64,000 nucleotides of DNA from a virus. The stretch covers positions 1 through 64,000 of IMG/VR virus record IMGVR_UViG_3300014050_000012. One strand, written 5' to 3'. The position numbers and the translations under genes are program-made. The notes under the pieces were generated by a model. The model saw nothing but the letters and a program-made list of their open reading frames with translations, did no database searches and was not told where the DNA came from. Positions within the stretch are counted from its first letter, which is position 1; each line of letters begins with the position of its first letter. This document shows positions 49,397 to 60,500 of the stretch, piece by piece.

Positions 49397-50028
49397 AATA
49401 TCATATTAATTTAGTAGAGTCTGATTCTACAATTAATAAATTAATTTTACAAAATTTATTGCCTTTAGTTAATAAGAAATTAGATGGTGCTATTACTCAA
49501 ATTATTCGTCTTATTAATCTTGGATTAGAAAACTCTATACGAAACCAAAATGAATACGGCTCTTTAACTATGCCAAATGGTAAACTAAGAGCTGAATTTG
49601 GTATAAGCGATATTGGCTTAGTTGATGGTGCAATTAATGCTATTCTGGATAGTGTGTATGTACAAAGAAAGCCATTGAGAGCTTCTAAAAATGGATTAGT
49701 TGGTGGTTTTTTACTAGGATTTATGCCCAATAATGTGCTTTTGAGCGTAGCGGATCAGTTTAGTGTAATTACTGAAAAGGGACAGTCATTACCGTGGTTA
49801 AAATGGCTATTATTTGAAGGAACATCTTCGATAGTAAAAGACTATGATGTAAAATTTGGACCCAACACAAAATCACGAACTGGCGAAGCTATTATGGTAC
49901 AAACTAACAGATCATGGAGAGTGCCACCAGAATTTGCTGGAACAATAGCTGATAATTGGTTTACTAGAGCTATTGATAGTATTGATGATAGTATAGAGAC
50001 TATTATAATAAAATCTATGAAAGAATAA
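49378..50028 (+). CDS. probable neck/tail-completion protein
   Basis: LPWLKWLL.EG...WRVPPEFAGT..DNWFTRAI; synteny. Confidence 0.45.
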   Translation: MEKNNMKYHINLVESDSTINKLILQNLLPLVNKKLDGAITQIIRLINLGLENSIRNQNEYGSLTMPNGKLRAEFGISDIGLVDGAINAILDSVYVQRKPLRASKNGLVGGFLLGFMPNNVLLSVADQFSVITEKGQSLPWLKWLLFEGTSSIVKDYDVKFGPNTKSRTGEAIMVQTNRSWRVPPEFAGTIADNWFTRAIDSIDDSIETIIIKSMKE

Positions 50029-50030
50029 TT

Positions 50031-50957
50031 ATGTCTGATTGTGGCTTCGGTAATACATTTGATAAAATAGATAGTTTTAACGAATATTCCTTAATGGCAC
50101 AAACAGAGGAAAATCTTAAAGCTTATCTAGATTGGGGATTTTTAAACCTGGGTGGTTTTGTTAATTGTACAGGACTAGATACCAATCTTTATCAATCTCA
50201 AGATACTAAAGCAATACATTATGAAACTCCCCAGTATGCTACTGGCAGAGCATGGAGAACACTACATAAATCTTGGGTTTATGAAAGTGGTATTAATTAT
50301 GATGGAAATATTCCAGTATCAATAAGCGGAGTTAAGGTCAATAATACCTTTTTACCTGCACCAACAGGTAGTGGAAATTATGCATATAAATTAGACTATA
50401 ATAATGGACAAATTATTTTTAATAAACCTATACCCACAGGATCACGAGTTAATATTGATCATTCATACAAAAAATGCCAAGTCTACAAAAGTAGCAGCTG
50501 CAATTGGTGGTCAGAGTTTAAAAATGCCATATATTCTAATTTGCCAAATGAATACTCTTTGCAAACTCCAGCTATTGTTATAGAACCCATAAATACGGCC
50601 ACAATGATTCCGTATCAAATTGGAGATAGATCATTTTTTATTAATCAAGATTTTTTACTTTATATTTTTTCTGACTCTGCTGTTGAAAGAAATAATTTAG
50701 CCGATATAATTAGATTACAAAAAGAAAAAACTATTTTTTCATATGATATTAATAAAGTTATAAAAGATAATGTGTATATATTAACGTACAATGGAGAACT
50801 TAATCCTAGTGGTTTGGCTTATCAATCTTTGATAACTAATAATTCCTATAAATATAAAAATATTTTTCTATACAACGTGAATTTAATGGGATTAGAAAGC
50901 TATAGCAAAAAATTATTTTGGTGTATTCTTAGATTAACCACACAAACAATACATTAA
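50031..50957 (+). CDS. probable tail terminator/completion protein
   Basis: PAIVIE...ERNNLADII; directly upstream of tail tube. Confidence 0.5.
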   Translation: MSDCGFGNTFDKIDSFNEYSLMAQTEENLKAYLDWGFLNLGGFVNCTGLDTNLYQSQDTKAIHYETPQYATGRAWRTLHKSWVYESGINYDGNIPVSISGVKVNNTFLPAPTGSGNYAYKLDYNNGQIIFNKPIPTGSRVNIDHSYKKCQVYKSSSCNWWSEFKNAIYSNLPNEYSLQTPAIVIEPINTATMIPYQIGDRSFFINQDFLLYIFSDSAVERNNLADIIRLQKEKTIFSYDINKVIKDNVYILTYNGELNPSGLAYQSLITNNSYKYKNIFLYNVNLMGLESYSKKLFWCILRLTTQTIH

Positions 50958-50970
50958 AGGGAGAATCCTC

Positions 50971-52074
50971 ATGGCCAATTCCAGAATTTATTATGCTGTT
51001 CAATCCGTAAGACTTCGTGGCCCATCTGGTACAGAGGTTACGCCAATAAATACCGACTGGGATCGCGTTAGAGGCTTACAAACAGTAGGTATTAATACCA
51101 ATTTTAACCTTGAACCAATTTATCAAATGGGTCAGTTAGAGTTGTATGATAATTTCGAAGAAGTGCCTGATGTTGAAGTTACTCTAAACAAAGTACTTGA
51201 CGGTTTTCCTTTAATCTATGGTATGGCCCAAGGTACTGGTACTCTTAATGAAATTGCTAACAATAGATGTGGTGTGCAACTTGGTATATTTAAAGATTCT
51301 GCTGCTGCTGCTACTGGAACCACAGAACAGCTATTACAAATCGAACCCGCATATGTATCAACAGCCACATATACTTTTAGCACAGATGGCAATTTCACAG
51401 AAGATGTTACTCTTGTTGCTAATGATAAAGAATGGCTAACAACTCAAGCAGATTTTGGTTCCTATGGCGATAATGATACATTCTGGACAACTAGTCCAAC
51501 AGGGTTTGGTATTGCTCGTAGACAACAATTTAATCTTGGCGCAAGCATTTTACCAAATAGCGGAAATAATGCTGGCCCTCTAGTCCGCTATACAAATGGC
51601 GGTATTGCTCCGGGTTCTCGCATTACTAGCTTAACTATAACAGCTAATCTTAATCGCGAAGAAATCAGAGAACTTGGCCAAAGACGACCATTTATTCGCT
51701 ATATTAATTTCCCAGTTGAAATTACTTGCGAAATTGAAGTTACTGCTGCTAGTGGAGACCTTGTGGGCGTTAATAATACTAATGCGGCTTGTGCTAATCC
51801 CAAAGCTCTAGAAAATAAACAAATTAAAGTTGTATTATGCGACGGCACAACTTTTGATCTTGGCACCAAGAATAAACTTACCACAGTAAACTATCAAGGT
51901 GGTGATACTGGTGGTGGTAATGCTACTGTTACATATAGTTACCAGAACTTTAATGACTTTACATTTATTCAAGGTACTGGATATGATGGTAGTACTGCCA
52001 TTTCCAATAAGATTTGGGAAAGTATGGGTGGTGGTCAAGACTTTAATTTTAATGATGGTAGTAATCCAGGTTAG
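50971..52074 (+). CDS. major tail tube protein
   Basis: strong RBS, late-promoter motif at 50920, GLQTVGINTNFNLE..YQMGQL and REEIRELG...FPVEITCEIE; synteny with chaperones and TMP. Confidence 0.7.
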   Translation: MANSRIYYAVQSVRLRGPSGTEVTPINTDWDRVRGLQTVGINTNFNLEPIYQMGQLELYDNFEEVPDVEVTLNKVLDGFPLIYGMAQGTGTLNEIANNRCGVQLGIFKDSAAAATGTTEQLLQIEPAYVSTATYTFSTDGNFTEDVTLVANDKEWLTTQADFGSYGDNDTFWTTSPTGFGIARRQQFNLGASILPNSGNNAGPLVRYTNGGIAPGSRITSLTITANLNREEIRELGQRRPFIRYINFPVEITCEIEVTAASGDLVGVNNTNAACANPKALENKQIKVVLCDGTTFDLGTKNKLTTVNYQGGDTGGGNATVTYSYQNFNDFTFIQGTGYDGSTAISNKIWESMGGGQDFNFNDGSNPG

Positions 52075-52098
52075 TAAATACTAAGGATTCAAATAGGG

Positions 52099-52227
52099 AT
52101 GGATGATATATTTATACTTATAGGTAAATTATATTTGGAATTGTATCAAGCTCAAAAGCTGATCGAGATACAAAACCAAAAAATACAATCACTATCTAAC
52201 GGCACTTCTGTTTCTAGCAATGATTAG
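52099..52227 (+). CDS. 42-aa hypothetical protein (MDDIFILIGKLYLEL...)
   Basis: manual translation; fills the gap and overlaps the next start. Confidence 0.45.
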   Translation: MDDIFILIGKLYLELYQAQKLIEIQNQKIQSLSNGTSVSSND

Positions 52228-53254
52228 AAATATTAGTGCCGTTATTGATAGGATAATTAGTAAAAAAATTTATTTTATCTATCAGGACAATGTCTATTAT
52301 TATAAGTATCCAAATTCTGATATTAAACTACAATCTAGCTTAATATACGAAGAACATTATGACAAAATAAAATACGATAATTTTATACAAGAGGATATTG
52401 ATTTTTATTTACAAGATTTTGATATTGCGGATGCTTCGCTAAAACAATTTTTAGAAGGCAAATATAAACAAATAGATAATCTTAAAGTAGAATTATATCA
52501 AAACTTTTGGAAAACTAAAGAGAGCAAAGCGGCTCGCAATAAGCTTAAAATAGTAAGAAAAACTGTTCAGGATACTGAAAATCAATTACATTATTTAGAT
52601 TCATTAACTACAGAATTTTTGTGTGCTCAAAGACAAAATGAATTTTTATTTATTAATGGTATCTATGATAAAAATCATCAATTAATTTTTGACTATAATA
52701 AAATAGATACTATTAGTGAACATATGTTTAATGGTATGATTACAGTAATAAATAGTAAATTGTTAAAATCAGCAGATTTTAGATATATTGCTAGATCGTA
52801 CGATTGGCGATCAATATGGAATATTAAAAATCATCATATTTTTAACGAACCAATAGTAGAGTGGAGCGAAGAACAAAAGAGCTTAGTAGCATTTTCTCAA
52901 ATGTATGATAATATACATCAACATTTAGATTGTCCAGATGATAAACTTATAGAAGATGACGATGCTTTGGATGGTTGGTCTATTTATCAAAACAGAAAAT
53001 TAGAACAAGAAAAAAAGAAAAAGGGTGTAAATAGTATTGCGGATAAGTATGATAAAGCTCAGGAAATTTTTCTAGTGGCTAATGATGCTCAGGAATTTAA
53101 TAATATTATGGATATGAATGATGATGTTGCTAAGAGTAAAATGAGTAATAGATTTGATTTTGTACAACAGCATGGACGAGTAACAGAAGATAATTTACCG
53201 GATGTTAGAGCAGATATTAGACAACAATATGCTAATATGAATAAAAGGAAATAA
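52220..53254 (+). CDS. tail assembly chaperone-like protein
   Basis: YDNIHQHLDCPDDKLIEDDDALDGW; lies between tube and TMP. Confidence 0.45.
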   Translation: MIRNISAVIDRIISKKIYFIYQDNVYYYKYPNSDIKLQSSLIYEEHYDKIKYDNFIQEDIDFYLQDFDIADASLKQFLEGKYKQIDNLKVELYQNFWKTKESKAARNKLKIVRKTVQDTENQLHYLDSLTTEFLCAQRQNEFLFINGIYDKNHQLIFDYNKIDTISEHMFNGMITVINSKLLKSADFRYIARSYDWRSIWNIKNHHIFNEPIVEWSEEQKSLVAFSQMYDNIHQHLDCPDDKLIEDDDALDGWSIYQNRKLEQEKKKKGVNSIADKYDKAQEIFLVANDAQEFNNIMDMNDDVAKSKMSNRFDFVQQHGRVTEDNLPDVRADIRQQYANMNKRK

Positions 53255-53256
53255 TA

Positions 53257-53544
53257 ATGCAAAATAAGAATATAGAAGACTTGTTTGAGAAAAGAATGAC
53301 AACTATAATGATAGGGGCCTTAGCAAGATTCGAAGAAAATTTTGATTATTTATGGGAAGATAACAAAGCTAATGCGGATTATTTTTTATCATTATGGCAA
53401 AAGGCTAGACAAGAAGTTTTGGACTATGGAAACAATCAAATAAGATTAGCGCAAAAGGATTTGGAAAAATTATACAATCAGAAACACACCAAATATAAAT
53501 ATCAATATAAATTTGATATGAGGAGATTTAATGATGAGTACTAA
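53257..53544 (+). CDS. hypothetical protein
   Basis: ORF in operon. Confidence 0.65.
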   Translation: MQNKNIEDLFEKRMTTIMIGALARFEENFDYLWEDNKANADYFLSLWQKARQEVLDYGNNQIRLAQKDLEKLYNQKHTKYKYQYKFDMRRFNDEY

Positions 53545-54421
53545 AACTAAGACTTTTAAAGTTGAGTTAGATGGTAAAGATGTTGAGTTTATTATTAGGA
53601 CACCATCGTTGTCTGAACAAAGGGAAGGACAAAAGGTTTATAATCAATCTTTTAGCGATGCTGTCAAAGCTAAGGCTATCGTTAGAGCCAGAATGGACGA
53701 TCTTTTAGAAGAGCAGGGATTATGGGATAGTTCTAAACAAAAAAGACTCACAGAACTACAGCAAATAGTTTTGGATAACGAAAGAGCATTGGCCAAAGGT
53801 GGTATCCCATTGAAAAAGGCTAAAGAACTTGCTATGGAAATGAAAAATACCAGATTAAAAATTAGAGAACTAATAGCCGATAAAACATCTTTAGATAATC
53901 ATAGCGCAGAAGGACAAGCTGATAATGCTAGATTCAACTACTTGGTAAGTGTGTGTTTGGTGTATAATGAAACTAAACAGCCATATTTTAAAAACTTGGA
54001 AGATTATTTATCGAGATCAAATGAGCCGGTAGCGATTTTGGCCGCTCAACATTTAGCGAACATGCTTTATGGTCTAGATAATGATTATGAGAAAAATTTA
54101 CCAGAAAACAAATTCTTGAAAAAATTTAAATTTGTTGATGATAATCTAAGACTTATTAACGATAAAGGAAAACTGGTTGATGAAGAAGGAAGACTGGTAG
54201 ATGAAAATGGTAGATATATAAATGAGGCTGGAGAATTTATTGATAGGCATGGTAATAGAGTTGATGACAAGGGAGAATATGTTGTTGAACATAAACCATT
54301 CTTAGATGATGATGGCAACCCTATTGCAGAAATTCAAAATGAACTACCAGAAACTAAAGTACAAGAAGAAGATGTTGTTAAGGAAAGCGTTGATTCTACT
54401 CCAGTTGAGTCAGAAGCTTAA
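53531..54421 (+). CDS. probable tail assembly chaperone with (L/Y)(V/I)DxxG repeats
   Basis: directly upstream of TMP; repeats LINDKGKLVDEEGRLVDENGRYINEAGEFID. Confidence 0.5.
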   Translation: MMSTKTKTFKVELDGKDVEFIIRTPSLSEQREGQKVYNQSFSDAVKAKAIVRARMDDLLEEQGLWDSSKQKRLTELQQIVLDNERALAKGGIPLKKAKELAMEMKNTRLKIRELIADKTSLDNHSAEGQADNARFNYLVSVCLVYNETKQPYFKNLEDYLSRSNEPVAILAAQHLANMLYGLDNDYEKNLPENKFLKKFKFVDDNLRLINDKGKLVDEEGRLVDENGRYINEAGEFIDRHGNRVDDKGEYVVEHKPFLDDDGNPIAEIQNELPETKVQEEDVVKESVDSTPVESEA

Positions 54422-54455
54422 TCCGATATATAAATATTATTATAGTTTTGTGTGT

Positions 54456-54492
54456 CAAAGGTTCAGTCTTTATCGGCTGGACCTTTGTTTTT
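54456..54492 (+). terminator. intrinsic terminator-like hairpin just before the TMP gene
   Basis: CAAAGGTTCAGTC/GGCTGGACCTTTG stem followed by TTTTT. Confidence 0.7.
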
Positions 54493-54503
54493 AGGGAATA
54501 AAT

Positions 54504-57500
54504 ATGGCAGCATTTAATCTAACAGCACAATTAAATCTTGTTGGACCAACAAATATTAGGCAAATTGTTGGAGATATTAGAAAACAATTAGGAACCATTA
54601 AGGGAACTATTAATGTTGGTATTGATCCACAATCAGCTAAGGCTATAGCACAAGCACAATCTCAAGCTGCTCAATTAAGTTCCGGACTAAATAACGTAGC
54701 AAAATCTGGAAATACTGCCGCAGCTGGCATGAGAGATTTAAATGACGCTGCTGCAAAAAATCAGTTAGGATCTACAGCTAAAAATGCTGCATCGGCCGCT
54801 GATGCTGCTACAAATCTTGGTAAACAAAGTTCCAGAGCTGCTAAAGATGTTAAGGTGCTAGGTAATGAGTTAGCTGAGTTCGGTAGGCAGTCTGGTTTAG
54901 CTATTAGACGTTTTGCTGCTTTTAGTTTGGTATCAGGAGTTATGTATAAACTTAATAGTGCTATTAATCAAGCATTATCTCAATATATAGATTTTGATAG
55001 AGAATTAGTAAGAGTTTCACAAGTTACGGGAAAAAGTGTTCAAGAATTAGGTAGTTTGGTAGATGAAATATCTTCGTTGGCAGGCAGTACTGGCGTAGCA
55101 TCTAAAGAATTAATACAAGTATCATCAACCTTAGCACAAGCTGGTTTGAGTGCCAGAGAAGCAGAACAGGCCCTAAAAGCTTTGGCGCTTAGTGCTAATG
55201 CGCCGTCTTTTGATAATCTTAATGATACTGTAGAAGGTAGTATCGCTTTAATGAGACAGTTTGGTATTAGGGCAAATGAACTAGAATCAGCACTAGGTAG
55301 CATTAATGCTGTGGCCGCAGCATTTGCTGTTGAAGCTAGTGACTTAATTACCGCAATTAGTAGAACTGGTGGTGTGTTTGCTAGTGCTAGTAGAGGAGTT
55401 AGTGAAGGAACGCAAGCACTAAATGAATTTATTGCTGTATTCACAAGTGTTCGTGCTACAACTCGTGAAAGTGCCGAAACTATTGCTACTGGTTTAAGAA
55501 CTATTTTTACTCGTATTCAGAGAGAGTCCACAATTACTGCTCTAAGAGAGCTGGGTGTGGAACTTAGAGATGTGGAAGGAAAGTTCGTTGGTCCGTATGA
55601 GGCCGTTAGAAGACTAAGCGAAGGATTGGGACAACTAGATCCTAGATCTCAAGTATTTGCTAATATCATAGAAGAACTTGGTGGTTTTCGCCAAATTGGT
55701 AAGGTTATTCCGCTTATTCAACAATTCGCTACAGCAGAAGCGGCTTTGCAAGTAGCGCTCAAGGGTGGAGATTCACTAGCAGAAGCTAATAGACAAGCCC
55801 AACAATCTTTAGCTGTACAACTAGCTAAAACTAGAGAAGAGTTTGTGGCATTAGTAAGAGATTTTGCTAATAATTCTGTATTTAGAGGATTTTTAACAAC
55901 TACAATTAGTATAACAAAAAGCATATTAAGTTTAGCAAGAGCGGGAAAATCATTATTTCCCTTACTAACTATACTTGGTGGATTTAAAGCATTCTCTGCT
56001 GCTACTCAGTTTGCTGGTGGATTTTTAAAGGGTGTGCGACCAACAGGAGGAAGACCTGGTGGTTCTGCTAGTAGGGGTATAGGACAAAATCTTGGTGAGG
56101 TAATTAGTGGTTCCAAAAGCGAAAGACAATCAGCATCGTTAGACAAGATAGCTAAAGTTTTAGAAAGTAATGCTGGAAATTTTAATACCAGTGTATCATC
56201 TTTAATTCAACCTATCACACAACTATCTACAGCTATACAACAAAATATAGTTAGTCTTACAGATAATACTGGAGCTTTGACAGCAAATACAGCTGCTATT
56301 AATAATTTAACTGCTGCATTGGGTATGAAGGGAACAACATTAGCTGGTGGTGGCAAGGTTTTAGGCTTCGCCAAGGGAGGAACTGTTCCTGGCAGCGGAA
56401 AAGGAGACAAAGTTCCAGCATTATTAGAGCCTGGCGAAGTTGTAATGAGCAATAGAGCTGTTAATAAGTATGGAAGAGGTAATTTGGTTAATATGAATAA
56501 AAGATATTTTAAAGGAGGTATAGCCCAAGAAAAGCTTCAAACACTAGTTGAAAAAAGCAATAGTATTAAAAAATATATTAATGACACTATCAATCCAGAT
56601 GATGAAGCATTAACAAAGATAGTTCCATTTCGTGTTGATCTTGATGATAATGATTTCAGAGAAATGAAACAAATCATGATAGATACTGAAAGGCAAAGAC
56701 TTAGATATTTAGAAACATATCGTGATGATCCCAAAGCAAATAAACAAGTGCAACAGAGAGCCAGAAGCAGCAAAGACCCTAGAACAGTTGTTGGATTTCT
56801 TGGTCTGAAAAAACCAGAATCTCATTGGGGTCCAGGTAATGCTTTTCAACAGCATTTAATTAAAAGACTAAATATTTCACCAAGCGATATGCCCCCTAAT
56901 CTTGGCACACCACAAGAACAATTTAAAGATATTATAGACGAACATTATGCTGTTTTAGACTACCAAGACGGTGATGCTAAATTTTGGAAAGATCTAAGTT
57001 ATTTTGATACACAACCCGGAAAAATAGACATACTAAATAAACAATTTAAAAATGTAGTCAATAATAATCAACTAAAACCAAAACCAACCCCAAATTATGA
57101 ACTTTTTACTTTACCGGATACGCGAGTTTATTATCCTGAGATTGGCACAAAAGAACAATTTATGCGAGATTATGCGGCGTTTACCACAGCAGATTATGCA
57201 AAAACACATCTTCCAGCAGGAGCTTATTCTATTGGTGGAAAAATTCAAAAATTTGCTGGTGGAGGAGAAGCACTACAATCTAAATTATCAACCATAAGAA
57301 CTCTTTTAGGCGAATTTTATGGAAACGATGAACAACTGATATCAAAATCAATTTCTAATTCTATGATAATCGATGAGGCTCGTGCTGATAAAATTATTGC
57401 TAATTTAGAATCATCTAGATCACAGTTACCATTATTTAGAAAATTATTATCAGAAAAATCGTCTTCTGTTGGTGTTTTAAATGGATTTCCAATAGCCAGG

Positions 57501-60500
57501 TATGGTGCTATTGGTGGTATTGAGACTATGAGATTTGATGAACTAAAAGATGAAGAAACCATTAGAGAGTTTATAAAAAGAGGAAAATTAGCAACACAAG
57601 CTTCGCGTGGTCCAGTTGGTAAACGCATAGTTTACAGTGATCAAAAAGCAGCAAGACGAAGGTTTGCGGTTGGCGGAACAGTAGAGGGCATAGCTGCTAA
57701 AGAAAAAAAATCTATTGAAACTGTAATTTTAGAACAATTATCCAGTTTTGGAGATGCTAGCGGAGTTAAAAAAATACTAGGATTAGGAGCTGGAGAAAGA
57801 GAGATTAGCTCTATATTGAATGCTAGTAATATTAGAGCCGGTAAAAACATAGAAAAAGCTATTAAATTTATAAATAGGGCGCTAGCTAAGACAGGAAAAC
57901 AAGATGCTGCTAGAGAAGCAAAAGAAGCAGCCATGAGAAAAGTTGCAATTGCCGGATTATTTCCATTAGATTATAATAAAGATTTTTCAGACTGGAAGTT
58001 GGAAGATGGTAGAGAAATTTATGGTTATGTTAGAGGATTTCAATCTAGCTTTTTACCACAAATAGAAGCTATGCAAGAGGCTAATAGAGCTACTCGTCAA
58101 AAATTTGCTGAAGATATTCAAGATACGGCAGCATTAGGCGGATTAGGTAATAGAAATATTCAGGGGCCAATTCAACCATTAGCAATAGATTTTGATGAAA
58201 CATTGGCTCTTGGAACAAAAATGTTAAAAGTTAACAAAGAGGGTAAAGAAGAAGAAGATTTACCAGCCTATGCGGATAGAAAAAAAGTTATGGAAAGTCT
58301 AGCCCAAGCTAGACCAACCTCACTAGCTAAAAGATTGGCTAGTATAGAACAAAAAAATCCCGGATATGTTAGGATGTATAGTCGTATCTTAACGGCCCGT
58401 CCTCAAAGCACAGCAGATATTATAGCATCTACTCTTAATAGATTCGGATTACCGTATTTAGAACAAGATGTTACTGGAGTTAGTCAAGGATTAGGAACAA
58501 ATATAGCAAAAGCTAAAGCTGCTAATGTTGCAGCAGCGGAAAAATTGATCGATGATAGTGAAGAAAATATTAGAGCAACAATGGCTGCTGGTAAAAGCAC
58601 TTTTCGTTATGGCGAAGTTCCAGAACTCAAAGGACCAGCAGAAGAAAAATTTGGACAATCTAATATTGAAGGAGGCTTGTTAGAAGCGGCACTATCGCAA
58701 TTATTGGGTTATAATATAAATGTTGATGCTTTAGAAAGAAATAGGGCGATTGATTTTCCACAAGGACTAGGTAGAGGTGCTCAACTTTTTGGATTACCTC
58801 CGAATATTGAAACAGAAGTAAAAAGAACTTTGGACGGAGATAGTTTTTCAAAAGCCAGAGAAGAATTTAGTAGATACTTTACAGAAAATCCACAAGCCTA
58901 TGCTAAAGGAGGAGCAGCAACATTTGGCTCTGGATCATTTAAATTTCCCAAAAGAATAAGTAATGCTTATGTTCGGGAAATGGAAAAATTATTAGAACAA
59001 GAACAAATGGAGAAGGTTTTTTCAACGTATCCTGGTAATGAAAGAATGATTGTAGACGAAGAGGCTGTGAAAAAAGGTTACGAATCTCCTTTTAGTAGAG
59101 AACTATTCATAAATTCGTTTAAGGATAAAATAAATAGAAATACAGTTTTTGAAAGAATGGGGCAATTTGCGCGAGTTATAGGATTGCCACCCGCCGATCT
59201 TTTATCTGCAATACCAACTCAATTAGACTTTGGTGTTAATTATCCTGCTACAGCATTATTTAGCAAGGATCCTTCTGGCCCAGGAACCAGGGGACTACAA
59301 GGGGTGGATCTGACACCATATGGTTATACTGAACAAGATAAACAAGATTTATTCGGATATACTAAACTAATAGAAGAAAAAAAGAAACAAATATTAAAAA
59401 CAATTAAAACTCCTGTTACAACATATGAAGATGGTAGTTTTGGTTATGATGTGGCTCTAACAGAAAAATTAAGAGCAGAATTAGACGATTTACAAAAACA
59501 ACAAAGATCTCTTATTGATAAAAACAATGCGGCTATTAAAGCTGCAAAAGAATCCAGATTACAATCCGCAAATCAGAGTGGTCGAGGTAGCGTTGGTATA
59601 GCTACTAATCCGTTCAATACAAGTCAACGTCAAGACTATAGTATTTTATATCATGAATTAACTCATCAACTTTTTAATAGTCTTAGAACTAAAAATGCTC
59701 AATCATTTGAAGCATACAAGGCAAAAGTTTCTAGTTTATTCGATGGAAACAATGATGATGTGGCAGATGCTTTTGATACTCTGGTAGGAAATAGTGGATA
59801 TAATAGTGCTGATGTTGCTTATGGAAGAAGTTATAAACTTAATGGACTAAGTAGTTTAATGATAGGCTCCGCTAAAAAAGAGTCGTTTGAAAAATATGTT
59901 AATAGTGATCCAGAATATGTTCCAGAATTAAGAAAAACTTGGGCCGAAACAAATTCCACCACAAAGGCCAAAGCCTTTAAGCCACTTAATCCTAGAGTTA
60001 ATGATGTTTTATTAAGAGGTAAAATAAGTCAAGATGTTATAGATAAATATGAAGATAATGGTAAAGAAGAATTTTTAACCACACTAGTACAAAAATTACC
60101 ATTATTAGATGAAAATTTAAGTGGAATTTTGGATAGTACTCTGGATGAGTTGTTGGGAGGTGCTGAAATAAGTAGACAAAAATTTGCTATAGGTGGTAAA
60201 GTTAATTTATATCATGGTTCGACAACAGGAATAGATGATAATCAATTAAAGAAATTTAAAGAACAAGGAGCTTTATCTAATATAGCTCAAGGATATGGTC
60301 AGGGTGCTGGATTTTATGTCTGGACTGATAAATTAACCGCTATTAAACATGCGGATATGAGGATCAAAGCAGCAAAAGAAGGTATAAATAGTATTATGGG
60401 AGGAGATACTGGTGGAAAAGGAATGATCTTAGAATTCCAAGAATCTTTGGATCCATCCTTATGGGATCTTGATTATGAAATATCTAAAGGGCCAGTTATC

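Noticed and set aside
52220-54421. Programmed -1 frameshift in tail chaperones
   Set aside because: No convincing slippery site plus overlapping frame was identified by eye.
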